From a virus (taxonomy: Duplodnaviria; Caudoviricetes), in IMG/VR virus record IMGVR_UViG_3300012855_000001, positions 1,419 through 65,418 of that record: a stretch of DNA of 64,000 nt, one strand, 5' to 3'. The position numbers and the translations under genes are program-made. How positions within the stretch are numbered: position 1 is the stretch's first letter; each line of letters starts with the position of its first letter. Under the pieces are notes generated by a model that had not been told where the DNA came from, made no database searches, and saw nothing but the letters and a program-made list of their open reading frames with translations. This document shows, one piece after another, positions 28,527 to 37,925 of the stretch.

Positions 28527-28895
28527 ATGTACAATATTAATGACCCACGTTTTACCCCAGGCACCAAAGCAAATGAAATCCTCCAGGAGTCCCTGGAGTC
28601 TGCCAAAAAGTACGAGGCCCGCGTGGAGGCTGCAAAGGCTAACGCTCCTGAAATTAAGGCAGTAAAGCCTGAGCCTGTTGAGTGGGTGGAGTTCGAGGGC
28701 ACAATGGTGCTCCGTTCTGGTGAGTCCCGCTTTGTTGCTGTGCCCCATAGCGGCCGCAAAAATAGCGCAAAGTGGCACATTATCAACCTGGATGACCGCT
28801 CAGACGTATGGTGCACCGTGGCCAAAAAGGAGGTGCGCACCTGGTTGTCTGGGGTGGCGGCAAATGAGATCAAAGACAAAATTTATTCCAAATAG
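28527..28895 (+). CDS. Cassette hypothetical protein
   Basis: ATG directly after the repeated leader. Confidence 0.75.
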   Translation: MYNINDPRFTPGTKANEILQESLESAKKYEARVEAAKANAPEIKAVKPEPVEWVEFEGTMVLRSGESRFVAVPHSGRKNSAKWHIINLDDRSDVWCTVAKKEVRTWLSGVAANEIKDKIYSK

Positions 28896-28977
28896 TTTGG
28901 AATTGCCGTTTAGGTTCCTTACCTTTACGGATGTCAGAGAGACACAGAGTATTTAACAACACACAAACCACAGCAAA

Positions 28978-29292
28978 ATGGCAAACGTTAAGATTACAAA
29001 GGATAAGGCAGGGTATGCAAACGGAGTGACCGCTCCGACTAAAAGCCCTAACTTTTACCGCATGGCCAAAGACTACATTACCGAGCGGGAGTATTACGAG
29101 TTTTACCAGGCCCTGGGCCGTGACACAGACGCGTCCCGGCACTTTTACACCTCCACCGTGGTGTACGGCCTGACATCGGCTCTGGATACGGCTGAGCGCA
29201 AGCTCTTTGAGGAGGTTGTAAAGCTTGCCACTCCACACGCACAGGCTTTGGCAAAGATCACAGCGGCAGAGTACAAAGAGCGGTACCAGTAA
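28978..29292 (+). CDS. Cassette hypothetical protein
   Basis: ATG after the repeated leader; followed by hairpin plus T tract. Confidence 0.75.
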   Translation: MANVKITKDKAGYANGVTAPTKSPNFYRMAKDYITEREYYEFYQALGRDTDASRHFYTSTVVYGLTSALDTAERKLFEEVVKLATPHAQALAKITAAEYKERYQ

Positions 29293-29429
29293 ACACAACA
29301 GCCCAGGCAGCCCCACCAGGCACCTGGGCATTTTTTTTGCAGAAACATTCCATAATATTTGGAATTGCCCCAGAGGTTTTGCACCTTTGTAATTGTCAGA
29401 GAGATACAACAACACACAAACCACAGAAC

Positions 29430-29696
29430 ATGAAAAAGTCAAAAATTAAGATGACAGCGAACGGAGCCAAATGGTTTGGCATTGGTATTTTTACCTGCGT
29501 TGTCATCAAAGACGGCCAGCGGCACCCGCATACAAAGCACAAGTTTACAGACGCTGGTTGGGTAATATCCCTCCTGGAGTGCAAAGGTATTAAGTACACG
29601 CTCAGCGAGAGCAGAGTGGAGGGCATGACCCTGCTGGCTTTTGTAATGCCAGAAACCGGGGACACGGTACACATGACCCTGGAGGGCGAGGTGTAA
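29430..29696 (+). CDS. Cassette hypothetical protein
   Basis: ATG after the repeated leader. Confidence 0.7.
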   Translation: MKKSKIKMTANGAKWFGIGIFTCVVIKDGQRHPHTKHKFTDAGWVISLLECKGIKYTLSESRVEGMTLLAFVMPETGDTVHMTLEGEV

Positions 29697-29755
29697 AAGC
29701 CCAGGTGGGGTGAGAGGCCCCACACTCATTTTCTTCAACACACAAACCGCATATT

Positions 29756-30139
29756 ATGGCAGCTCGTACAATTTTATCCAGGAACCTCCAGCCGCTAAAG
29801 GCAGACCAGGTGCTCCCTATTGCATACAAATGGGCAGAGGCCCTGGAGGGCCGGGAGCTGGAGTACAGGTTTGACCCTCCCCTGGCAGAGGGCTGGGGGG
29901 CAGAGTGGGCACAGTTCACTCCAGCAGACTATCCAGCAGACACGCTGGATGGCATAGAGGTAAACGCTGAATGGATGGGCGAGGCCTGGGCTTTTGAGGT
30001 CATTGAGTACCAAGCAGGCACAGACGGCAAAGAGTTGCACGTCTTTAAGGTTTACAGCCGTCTGGGGGATGCCCTCAACCTGGTTGAGAAAATGGCCCGC
30101 ACAGGCAAAAAGCCAAAGCCACAAAAGGTATGGACATAA
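29756..30139 (+). CDS. Cassette hypothetical protein
   Basis: CACAAACC leader. Confidence 0.7.
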   Translation: MAARTILSRNLQPLKADQVLPIAYKWAEALEGRELEYRFDPPLAEGWGAEWAQFTPADYPADTLDGIEVNAEWMGEAWAFEVIEYQAGTDGKELHVFKVYSRLGDALNLVEKMARTGKKPKPQKVWT

Positions 30140-30193
30140 AGGGCCAGGGGCACTGCCCCACCCTGCATTTGATCACACGTAAACAACAAAGCA

Positions 30194-30487
30194 ATGATAA
30201 TACTGGAGAGTAAGACACTGGAGCTGCTGAGCGTTGAGCAGCAAATTTTTGAGATGGCAAAAGACGCATACCAGAGGGACATGGAGCTGGACAATATAAC
30301 TGTTGACTCATTAGGGGACGGTGAGTACAGGCTTTACCACTCCTCCCGGTACTGTGTGACCTCCACGGAGGTGCAAACCGAGCATTTTTATGAGTGGCGG
30401 TTTGACGGTGACCAGTTTGAGGGTTTTGTGCCCATTACGGCTGAGGAGTTTGTGCGGCTCCTCAAAACTGACTACCACAACGCATAA
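30194..30487 (+). CDS. Cassette hypothetical protein
   Basis: 97-aa acidic ORF. Confidence 0.7.
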   Translation: MIILESKTLELLSVEQQIFEMAKDAYQRDMELDNITVDSLGDGEYRLYHSSRYCVTSTEVQTEHFYEWRFDGDQFEGFVPITAEEFVRLLKTDYHNA

Positions 30488-30680
30488 AGAGCAGGGGAGC
30501 CACCACCCCACCCCAGGGCAAACCATTGCCCAGGACTCTGACCTGGTGGATATTTGTGGGAGGTCTTTGTGTGGGCCTCTCACTTTTTTTACAGATATGT
30601 TCCATATTATTTGGAATTATCAAATAGTATGTGCACCTTTGTAACTGTCAGAGAGATACAACACACACAAACCAGAAGTT

Positions 30681-31100
30681 ATGAGAAAGTATAAGAAAAT
30701 GCCCATTATGTCCCTTGCCTCCCAGGTATACGTGGACATCCAGGATAAGGTTGAGAGCGATGACCCACGCGTGGTATACGCAATGGTGCTTTCAAACGTT
30801 GAGAGCCTCAGGGGCCAGGCTTGTACCGCTGTGGAGCGGGAGTCCATCCGGGATGCCCTGGAGTTTATGGGACTCGCACCCCTGCCCACCCTGGCAGATG
30901 TTGAGGACGGCACAGAGGTATACCTCCCCAGCCAGCGGGACGGCTGGACATACTGGGGCAAACATACCGTGCGGTTTGTCTCCCACTACGGGGACGGGCC
31001 AATGATCGAAACCAGCCACGGACTGATTGCAGCAAAGCCTCACAGAGATTACCTCCCAGCCACAGCCCAGTTTAAAGCCATTATGGGCTACCTGGTGTAA
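30681..31100 (+). CDS. Cassette hypothetical protein
   Basis: ATG after the repeated leader. Confidence 0.75.
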   Translation: MRKYKKMPIMSLASQVYVDIQDKVESDDPRVVYAMVLSNVESLRGQACTAVERESIRDALEFMGLAPLPTLADVEDGTEVYLPSQRDGWTYWGKHTVRFVSHYGDGPMIETSHGLIAAKPHRDYLPATAQFKAIMGYLV

Positions 31101-31172
31101 GGCACACAGATAAAACCACTCCTGGAGGCTCTCAGAGCCTCTGGGGCTATTCAATAACCACAAACCACTTAT

Positions 31173-31355
31173 TTGATGGCTAAAAAAAAGAAGTACATAA
31201 GCGTGGCCCCCCCTGCCCACTTAAAGGGCAAAACCATACACCACGGCAAAGGTGAGCCAGTGCATCTGCCAAAGGCTCCCAAATCCCTGCTCCAGAAAAT
31301 CGTGGCCGGCATACGGGACGGCACGGTGACAGAAATAGGAGTGCCAGAGGATTGA
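31173..31355 (+). CDS. Small basic protein
   Basis: ACCACAAACCA leader at 31157. Confidence 0.6.
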   Translation: MMAKKKKYISVAPPAHLKGKTIHHGKGEPVHLPKAPKSLLQKIVAGIRDGTVTEIGVPED

Positions 31356-31465
31356 TTTGATTTTATTTGCAATTAGGTGCCATATTATTTGGAATTGTCA
31401 AATAGTATGTGCACCTTTGTAATTGTCAGAGGGAAGCATATTACACAACACACAAACCAGAGACA

Positions 31466-32149
31466 ATGACACACTTTAAAATTGAGTTGATTACAGAGAT
31501 AGGCACCTTTAAGTTTGAGCAGCACTTTAACAGCGAGGCTGACCATTACCAGGCCATGCTCCTGTTCCAGAGTAACAACTGGGAGCAGCTCGGTGAGACC
31601 TCATACAGGGTACACACCCGCTGGCCAGATGAGATGGTGACCTCCACCACGTTCTCAGGTATCAATGCCTCAGCCCACCTGGCTGAGTATATGGAGCCAG
31701 ATGGTGAGTTTGAGGAGGAGCCACAGGAGCCTGAGGAGCCACGCTCAGAGGCCAGCCTATTGGCTCAGGTATGCACTATTTACACCCGTGTGAGTGGGCT
31801 AATGGACAACCTCTCAGACAATGAGGTTTATACAACAGTCCTGGCTGCATCTGAGGAGTATTTTGACCGGCCAGTGGAGGACTGGGAGCGGGCTATTGTC
31901 CGCAAAGCCCTGGAGTTTATAGGGTATAATTTTAAGGGCCTCGGCGATTTGCCCCACGGCACATTTGTGTATGTGCCGTCTCTGGAGGGAGAGGACACGC
32001 TCACCTGGGAGGAGGTAATGGTCTGGAAAGAGCAGGGAGGCCTGTATTTATCCTCACACGGGGAGCGGGTAGATGCTGACCCAGAGAGCCAGGACTTTAT
32101 TGAGTCCACTGGGTACAACCGCAGGGCATACTCTAGCCTGGTGGGATAA
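31466..32149 (+). CDS. Cassette hypothetical acidic protein
   Basis: ATG after the repeated leader; the track start at 31409 lies inside the promoter. Confidence 0.75.
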   Translation: MTHFKIELITEIGTFKFEQHFNSEADHYQAMLLFQSNNWEQLGETSYRVHTRWPDEMVTSTTFSGINASAHLAEYMEPDGEFEEEPQEPEEPRSEASLLAQVCTIYTRVSGLMDNLSDNEVYTTVLAASEEYFDRPVEDWERAIVRKALEFIGYNFKGLGDLPHGTFVYVPSLEGEDTLTWEEVMVWKEQGGLYLSSHGERVDADPESQDFIESTGYNRRAYSSLVG

Positions 32150-32244
32150 TTATTTTTACATTAGGTGCCATATTATTTGGAATTGCCAATTAATATGTGC
32201 ACCTTTGTAATTGTCAGAGAGATACAACACACAAACCAAGTACA

Positions 32245-32544
32245 ATGAAAGACGTTAAGCAGATCAAAGCAAAAGCAGAGGCAGACATAAAGGATTTGGC
32301 TGGCCGTTTTGAGGATGGAAAACTGACCCTGGGCACCAGGGAGTTTAAGCTCCTCCACGCGGGCCGCTCATTCCTGCGAGTGGCGGGGCCACGCGGTACC
32401 GTGTACAATATCGTGCCATGCCCTCAGTGCACAGTCATTGAGGACAACAGCCTGCCTGTTTACTCGTTTACGAGGCTGAGCAGGAGCTTTGATTTTACAT
32501 TTGATCGGGATGGCCAATATATTGAGCTATCCGGCAACGCATAA
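32245..32544 (+). CDS. Cassette hypothetical protein
   Basis: ATG after the repeated leader. Confidence 0.7.
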   Translation: MKDVKQIKAKAEADIKDLAGRFEDGKLTLGTREFKLLHAGRSFLRVAGPRGTVYNIVPCPQCTVIEDNSLPVYSFTRLSRSFDFTFDRDGQYIELSGNA

Positions 32545-32573
32545 TTTTACAACACACACACAAACCACCGAGA

Positions 32574-33008
32574 ATGAAAAAGATTAACCAGACCAACCAG
32601 ACCAACCAGACAGACATGGCAAAGATCAAATCAGGTCTGTCTCAAATGATCGAAAAGAACAACCAGGAGGTTGAGTCTTTGGCAGTCAAAATCCAGTCAG
32701 CCCACAACGCTGAGCAGGCCGTAAAGTATGCCACTCAGTTAAAAATCCGGCAGAGGGTAAACGACCTATACGAGTCAGGGTTTAACGCCAACACAGACAC
32801 CCTGGAGGAGTTTGTGGAGGCTGTAAATTACCTCATGCGGGACGCTTTGCGGATGCGGCTGGATGTGCGAACGTCAGGAGCCATGCACATTGATGGCCTA
32901 GTGTTCGTGGAGGCTGCAAATTCCCTCTATACCCTGGCAAAGGTCAACTTTGTCAGCCGGGAGGAGTTCAAGTTTGCCCAGACGTTTGAGCTGGTTCGCA
33001 TGGGGTAA
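32574..33008 (+). CDS. Cassette hypothetical protein
   Basis: CACAAACC leader; N-terminal NQT x3 microrepeat. Confidence 0.7.
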   Translation: MKKINQTNQTNQTDMAKIKSGLSQMIEKNNQEVESLAVKIQSAHNAEQAVKYATQLKIRQRVNDLYESGFNANTDTLEEFVEAVNYLMRDALRMRLDVRTSGAMHIDGLVFVEAANSLYTLAKVNFVSREEFKFAQTFELVRMG

Positions 33009-33061
33009 AACCCTGGGGGCATGTCCCCCACTCTTTTTTTTTCTCACCACAAACCACGTTT

Positions 33062-33394
33062 ATGTACAGAGTTGAAAAAGCTGGCAAGTACAACAGCATG
33101 GAGCTGGCACTGGCTACAGCTCACAGTGTAGCACTGAGAGAGAATAGGCCAGCCCGTATTTACTACGGCCAGCGGGTGGTCTTTACGACCAAAGACCCGA
33201 CACAGTTTAAACGGTTCAAAGCTAACTATTTCTATAGGTTGCCATCTGGTAAAAGGGTGAAGCTCACCCACCACAGAGGTGGGGCTGCCTCATTCAAAGC
33301 CAAAGGAGAACAGGCCATCCATGTGACTATCCTGTTTAACATGGCTGGCCGGGAATATTGCACAGTGTATGGGGAGACCTTGGTGGCAAGGTAA
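33062..33394 (+). CDS. Hypothetical basic protein
   Basis: ACCACAAACCA leader at 33046. Confidence 0.7.
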   Translation: MYRVEKAGKYNSMELALATAHSVALRENRPARIYYGQRVVFTTKDPTQFKRFKANYFYRLPSGKRVKLTHHRGGAASFKAKGEQAIHVTILFNMAGREYCTVYGETLVAR

Positions 33395-33533
33395 ACCCCA
33401 GGATACAGGGGCCTCACAGCGGGGCCTCCTATTTTTTTGCAATAAATATTCCATATTATTTGGAATTGTCCAGAACTATGTGCACCTTTGTAATTGTCAG
33501 AGGGAAACATACACAACACACAAACCATTTGTT

Positions 33534-33803
33534 ATGAATATTTTAAACGAGATCACAGCGCAATACAACCACAACCACCCCACCACCTATGCAGACGGCA
33601 AAACGTCTGTGGTTGTGGAGAACGTAGGCGAGGGCCTACACAGCACATTTGCCAAAATCATTAAGCTCCTCAGGGCTGACGGTTTTGATCGTATCCTCTG
33701 CGAGGATTACGGTAATGCTCAGGTTTTCTACTATGGCAAAGGCTTTGAGCGTGTGAGCCTCTGGATGTACCCAGCAGGTGACACAGTTAAAATAATTGCA
33801 TAA
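33534..33803 (+). CDS. Cassette hypothetical protein
   Basis: ATG after the repeated leader. Confidence 0.7.
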   Translation: MNILNEITAQYNHNHPTTYADGKTSVVVENVGEGLHSTFAKIIKLLRADGFDRILCEDYGNAQVFYYGKGFERVSLWMYPAGDTVKIIA

Positions 33804-33839
33804 CCAGCGGCCCGCTGTTCAGGGCAAAATCTTTGTACT

Positions 33840-34166
33840 ATGTTTTACGAGTTTGGGACTTTTCGGATGAGCGTTATTAAGGACACCAAAGGCTATGAGG
33901 TAGCCCTGGAGCCTGAGCACCACGGAGAGAAGCTCCTGGAGCCTTATCTGTACTATGAGGGCAAAAACGGCCTGAATACTTACAGGCTGGTACCCCAGGA
34001 GGTGCTGGAGGTGCTGACGGTAAAGCACACCATTTTCTCTGGCCGGGAGCGTGTGGCACTATGGGTGGGCCTCAGTATGGTCTCTGCCAGGTTCCCAGTG
34101 GAGGACGCGGCAGAGCGTTGGCTCAACGGTGATCGCAATGTGTCAGCCGGGGCCCTCCTAGTTTGA
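33840..34166 (+). CDS. Hypothetical protein
   Basis: 108-aa ORF. Confidence 0.65.
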   Translation: MFYEFGTFRMSVIKDTKGYEVALEPEHHGEKLLEPYLYYEGKNGLNTYRLVPQEVLEVLTVKHTIFSGRERVALWVGLSMVSARFPVEDAAERWLNGDRNVSAGALLV

Positions 34167-34218
34167 TTTTTAACCACAGGCTGGGGCACTGCCCTGGCCC
34201 TAAATTTATATTGCTGTC

Positions 34219-34416
34219 ATGGATGAGATACAGGTCACACACGCGGTTTTTATTCGCAAGTATTGCGAGCTTTTAAGCAGGGATTACTGGGAGGTGGAGT
34301 CATACCACCAAACAGAGCCAGAGGCTTTGCAGGCCATGCTGGGTTACATCCAGGCGGGAGGTACCTGCAAAATTGATAAGGTGTACAACCAAAAGGGCCG
34401 AAACCCTAATTTATAG
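34219..34416 (+). CDS. Small hypothetical protein
   Basis: 65-aa ORF after a TATATTGC box; followed by a terminator. Confidence 0.55.
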   Translation: MDEIQVTHAVFIRKYCELLSRDYWEVESYHQTEPEALQAMLGYIQAGGTCKIDKVYNQKGRNPNL

Positions 34417-34558
34417 GGCAGGCATGGAGCTGGCAGTGCTGGCTCCTATTTTTTTTACAATTAGGTGCCATATTATTTGGAACTCTCGTTTATTATATGC
34501 ACCTTTGTAATTGTCAGAGGGAAAGAGATTATTTAACAACACACACAAACCGCAAACC

Positions 34559-35383
34559 ATGCAATTCGAGACAGGAAAAACTTACCGCATAAAGTTTATA
34601 GGTGACTCAGAGCTGGAGACACCTGCCACCGTTGTCAAGCGTACCGCAAAAACGGTATGGCTGGACATTCAGGGGGAGACGGGTATTGTCCGTAAAAAGA
34701 TCAAGCAATACGAGGACGGCACAGAATACTGTGAGCCATACGGCACCTACTCCATGCGGCCCTACCTGAGTGCGGCAAAGCCCGTACAGGAGGCTCCAGA
34801 GACACCTGAGGAGCCAGACGGCACCCAGGAGGCTCCAGAGGGCACTGAGGGCACCCCAGTGGCTACAGCAGCCTCTGAGGAGGCCTCTGAGCAGGAGGAG
34901 GAGCGTTTTTACTTGCTGACCATTACAGAGTCCACCTCTGTGTCCAGTAACATCCACAGCCCCAGAGGTAGCCAGGCACGAAACAGGGCCATCTCCAGTG
35001 CGGTTTATGGCTCTTTGCCCAGCCTCCTCTCAAAGTTGATGACTCAATGGATAGGAAAGTACACCCCAATTACTGGGGAGCTGTCAGCCCTGACACCTGG
35101 TGCCTTTAAAGTGTACACTCCCTATGGGAGCACGAACATTTTTTATAAGGTCACCAGGCTGGCCCCAGCCGGGACAGTAAACGCTGGGCTGCTTAGTGAG
35201 GATGAGCACAGCCTCCTCCAGCTCATCATTGAGTCATTCAGCCAGGGCAATTGCTGTGTGGTTGACATGGTGGATGGGCCATACTCTATGCCCACCCTGG
35301 CAAACCTCAAAGGGCGTGGCTTGGTAAAGTACACGGAGGTGGGGTTTGGCATGTATGACATTGAGCTGGCTGCCGGCCTATAA
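34559..35383 (+). CDS. Cassette multi-domain hypothetical protein
   Basis: N-terminal small beta domain (FETGKTY...VVKRTAKTV...PYGTYSMRPYL), acidic linker, and C-terminal wHTH-like segment. Confidence 0.7.
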   Translation: MQFETGKTYRIKFIGDSELETPATVVKRTAKTVWLDIQGETGIVRKKIKQYEDGTEYCEPYGTYSMRPYLSAAKPVQEAPETPEEPDGTQEAPEGTEGTPVATAASEEASEQEEERFYLLTITESTSVSSNIHSPRGSQARNRAISSAVYGSLPSLLSKLMTQWIGKYTPITGELSALTPGAFKVYTPYGSTNIFYKVTRLAPAGTVNAGLLSEDEHSLLQLIIESFSQGNCCVVDMVDGPYSMPTLANLKGRGLVKYTEVGFGMYDIELAAGL

Positions 35384-35448
35384 AGCGAAAAGACACAGGC
35401 CTGGGGTATTTGCTCCAGGCTATTTTTTAAAGACCACAAACCAATATT

Positions 35449-35778
35449 ATGACAATTGAGAAGATGGAAAAAGCCCAGGAGTTAAAAAACAGGATTGATG
35501 GGCTAAAGCAGATCGTACAGAAATTAAACGATGACTGGACAGCCTCACCCTCTGGGCCCACTGAGTGGGGTATTGCTTTGGGGCAGTTGCCCAGGACAGG
35601 CGAACGGCCGGGGATGTTGATAAACAACAGGGGGGTGCAATTCCTCTCTGGCATTTTTATCACCCACTCGGAGGACGGCTCTGAGGGGTGCCGTCAAATG
35701 GAAAAATTCCGGGACTACCTGGGGGCATATTTTGAGGCTATGCTGGACGCGGCACAGGAGGAGTTTGACGCTCTCTAA
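35449..35778 (+). CDS. Hypothetical protein
   Basis: ACCACAAACCA leader at 35433. Confidence 0.7.
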   Translation: MTIEKMEKAQELKNRIDGLKQIVQKLNDDWTASPSGPTEWGIALGQLPRTGERPGMLINNRGVQFLSGIFITHSEDGSEGCRQMEKFRDYLGAYFEAMLDAAQEEFDAL

Positions 35779-35874
35779 AGATCACAGAGGGGCCTTTTGC
35801 TGTTTGCTGGCTGTACGTGCGCAAAACCAGCTAAACGGCAGCACAGGCAGCGAGAGGCCCCAAAAAAACGAATT

Positions 35875-36717
35875 ATGAGGTATGTATCACTATTTGACGG
35901 CGGGGCCTGCGGACTCCAGGCTCTCAGAAACCTCCAGGCAGATGTTGAGCAGTACAATGCCTCCGAGGTGGATAAACACGCAATTGCCGTGGCAAATGCA
36001 AACCACCCGGCAATAAACCAGCTCGGCCGTGTTGAGTTGATCAATGGCAGAGACCTGGGGAGCGTTGATTTTTTGATGGGTGGCAGCCCTTGCCAGGGTT
36101 TTAGTTTTTCGGGAGAGGGTAAAGCGTTTGAGGATGAAAGGAGTAAGCTGTTTTTTGAGTTTGTCCGCATTCTGGATGAGTGCAAGCCCTCCAAATTTTT
36201 GCTGGAGAACGTCCCCATGCTAAAGAAAAACGCGGATGTTATCTCCAGTTACCTGGGGGTGGAGCCTGTCCTGGTAAACAGCTCTAGCTTTTCGGGGCAA
36301 AACCGGGAGCGGCTGTACTGGGCAAATTTCCCCATAAAGCCTGGAGAGGGCCCTGGCCCATCTTTCCTGGAGGAGCTAGGTGTGGAGCGGCTGTACTCTG
36401 CTGCCGTGCGTGGCCGCTACATCTCCAGAGAGCCAAAGATCACAGCCCAGAGGCTGGAGGTAAACGGCCGGCCAAAAATAAACTGCCTGACAACTGTGGC
36501 AAAGGACACAGTTCTGGCATACCACCCACCAGGTACCAGGCTGTGGCGGCCCCACCTGGGGTTTGATTACAGGCTATTGACCAACCAGGAGCGGTGCAAG
36601 CTCATGGGCCTCCCTAAGGGGTACGTTGATATGGTCAGCACAGCCCAGGGCGTTAAGATCACAGGCAATGGCTGGCAGGTGTCAACCATTGAGCACATAC
36701 TCAAAGATGTTGTTTAA
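35875..36717 (+). CDS. C5-cytosine DNA methyltransferase
   Basis: VSLFDG, GGSPCQGFS, FLLENV, QNRERLYW and GNGW motifs. Confidence 0.92.
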   Translation: MRYVSLFDGGACGLQALRNLQADVEQYNASEVDKHAIAVANANHPAINQLGRVELINGRDLGSVDFLMGGSPCQGFSFSGEGKAFEDERSKLFFEFVRILDECKPSKFLLENVPMLKKNADVISSYLGVEPVLVNSSSFSGQNRERLYWANFPIKPGEGPGPSFLEELGVERLYSAAVRGRYISREPKITAQRLEVNGRPKINCLTTVAKDTVLAYHPPGTRLWRPHLGFDYRLLTNQERCKLMGLPKGYVDMVSTAQGVKITGNGWQVSTIEHILKDVV

Positions 36718-36747
36718 ACTCTATTCTCATACTAAAACACAGGCCAA

Positions 36748-36945
36748 ATGAGTACATACACAGTTTTTGTGTTGGCTGTATCTGTTGCTGCCATGGCGAT
36801 ATACGTAATTTTTGCACTGCCAGAGGATGGACACTCTCAGTTTTACGAAAACGGAGAAGATATATTTAAGTGGGCAACTCTAGTGGAAGCTCTTACTTTT
36901 TTAGTCCCTATTGCGGTGCTCTTTTACTTAACATTTAACATTTAA
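36748..36945 (+). CDS. Small 2-TM membrane protein
   Basis: Two hydrophobic helices; AT-rich DNA. Confidence 0.6.
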   Translation: MSTYTVFVLAVSVAAMAIYVIFALPEDGHSQFYENGEDIFKWATLVEALTFLVPIAVLFYLTFNI

Positions 36946-37131
36946 TTGAATATGAAAAGGTACATTTTCCCCATTACTATCCTGGTGCTGTCTATTCTCT
37001 CAGCTCCTCTGGTCTGGTATTTGGGCCCAGAGATAGAGACAGCCAGAAAATTGGTGCTCAGCTTGCTGCTGGGTTTTTTGATCACATGCTCTGCAATGGT
37101 GGCAGGGTACAAACCTTTTAAGGATGACTAA
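36946..37131 (+). CDS. Small 2-TM membrane protein
   Basis: Two hydrophobic helices. Confidence 0.6.
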   Translation: MNMKRYIFPITILVLSILSAPLVWYLGPEIETARKLVLSLLLGFLITCSAMVAGYKPFKDD

Positions 37132-37615
37132 CAAACTTACTCAAAGCATTGAGCTGGTACCACCAGTTAAAGCCCTGAGTATACGGGAGCCATTTGCCTC
37201 GCTGGTGCTCCAGGGAAAAGTGGAGACCAGGAGGTGGGATACGTCCCACAGGGGCACCGTTTTGATTTGTGCCAGCCAGAGGGCGTTTAGGCCATCCGAG
37301 GTACTAAAGATTGCAGGCCCTTGGAATTACCAGCGGATTCTCCACTACGTGGGCCCTGACTGGGGCAAGCTTTGCGGCCATGCAATAGGTGTGGCTCGGC
37401 TAGTTAACACATGGAAAATGACCCCAGAGGATGAGGAGGCCACATTTGCCAGGTACCACTCTGGGCTGTACTGCCATAAGTATGCAGGGGTAAAGGCCAT
37501 TAACCCATTCCCTTTTAAAGGGCAGGTGAGGTGGACAAACCTGAGCCAGGAGCAAGTGGCACAGATCGAGCTGCCAGTTTTTGAGTTTCCAAATGATTTG
37601 GATTACTGGCACTAA
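37124..37615 (+). CDS. ASCH-domain protein
   Basis: KALSIREPFASLVLQGKVETRRW...RGTVLICAS. Confidence 0.85.
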   Translation: MTNKLTQSIELVPPVKALSIREPFASLVLQGKVETRRWDTSHRGTVLICASQRAFRPSEVLKIAGPWNYQRILHYVGPDWGKLCGHAIGVARLVNTWKMTPEDEEATFARYHSGLYCHKYAGVKAINPFPFKGQVRWTNLSQEQVAQIELPVFEFPNDLDYWH

Positions 37616-37650
37616 ATGCGTAATTTTGACAAAGCAACAAACCACAAACC

Positions 37651-37914
37651 ATGAGTAAAGAGACAGGAGTTTATCAATACGTAGACGTATCAAAAGCAAA
37701 GCAGCTCAGGCTGTTGTCACACATGGGGGATATGTTCTCCATGAGCTACCTTTTCGAGGATAAGACAATAAGCCTACACATGACCAAAGAGGAGGCCGGG
37801 CTGGTGCTTAGTATGCTGGCCAGCCAATTGTTGCCAGAGGAGCTGTCAGAGGCTGTGAGTGATCACATAGACAACATGGACAACTCGGATTTTATCACAC
37901 CCCAGATGGGGTAA
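37651..37914 (+). CDS. Hypothetical protein
   Basis: ACCACAAACC leader abutting the ATG. Confidence 0.7.
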   Translation: MSKETGVYQYVDVSKAKQLRLLSHMGDMFSMSYLFEDKTISLHMTKEEAGLVLSMLASQLLPEELSEAVSDHIDNMDNSDFITPQMG

Positions 37915-37925
37915 AAATTGAATTA

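Larger units (their letters stand above)
28444..34560 (+). repeat. Eight dispersed copies of a promoter/operator/leader element about 75 bp long
   Basis: Consensus T(T/G)CCAtattattTGGAATTGTC-N-tatgtgCACCTTTGTAATTGTCAGAG-N-ACACAAACC at 28444, 28886, 29348, 30600, 31378, 32166, 33449 and 34466; TTTG to CACCTTTG spacing is 20 nt in the three copies I counted. Confidence 0.9.

Noticed and set aside
28443-34559. Track starts inside cassette promoters (28443, 29337, 31409, 32197, 34511)
   Set aside because: They translate the promoter repeat itself; the ATGs after the CACAAACC leader are the credible starts.
28444-34560. Dispersed repeats as a CRISPR array or integron attC sites
   Set aside because: Spacing is 450-1300 bp with whole genes in between, the repeat matches promoter boxes, and no cas or integrase gene is present.
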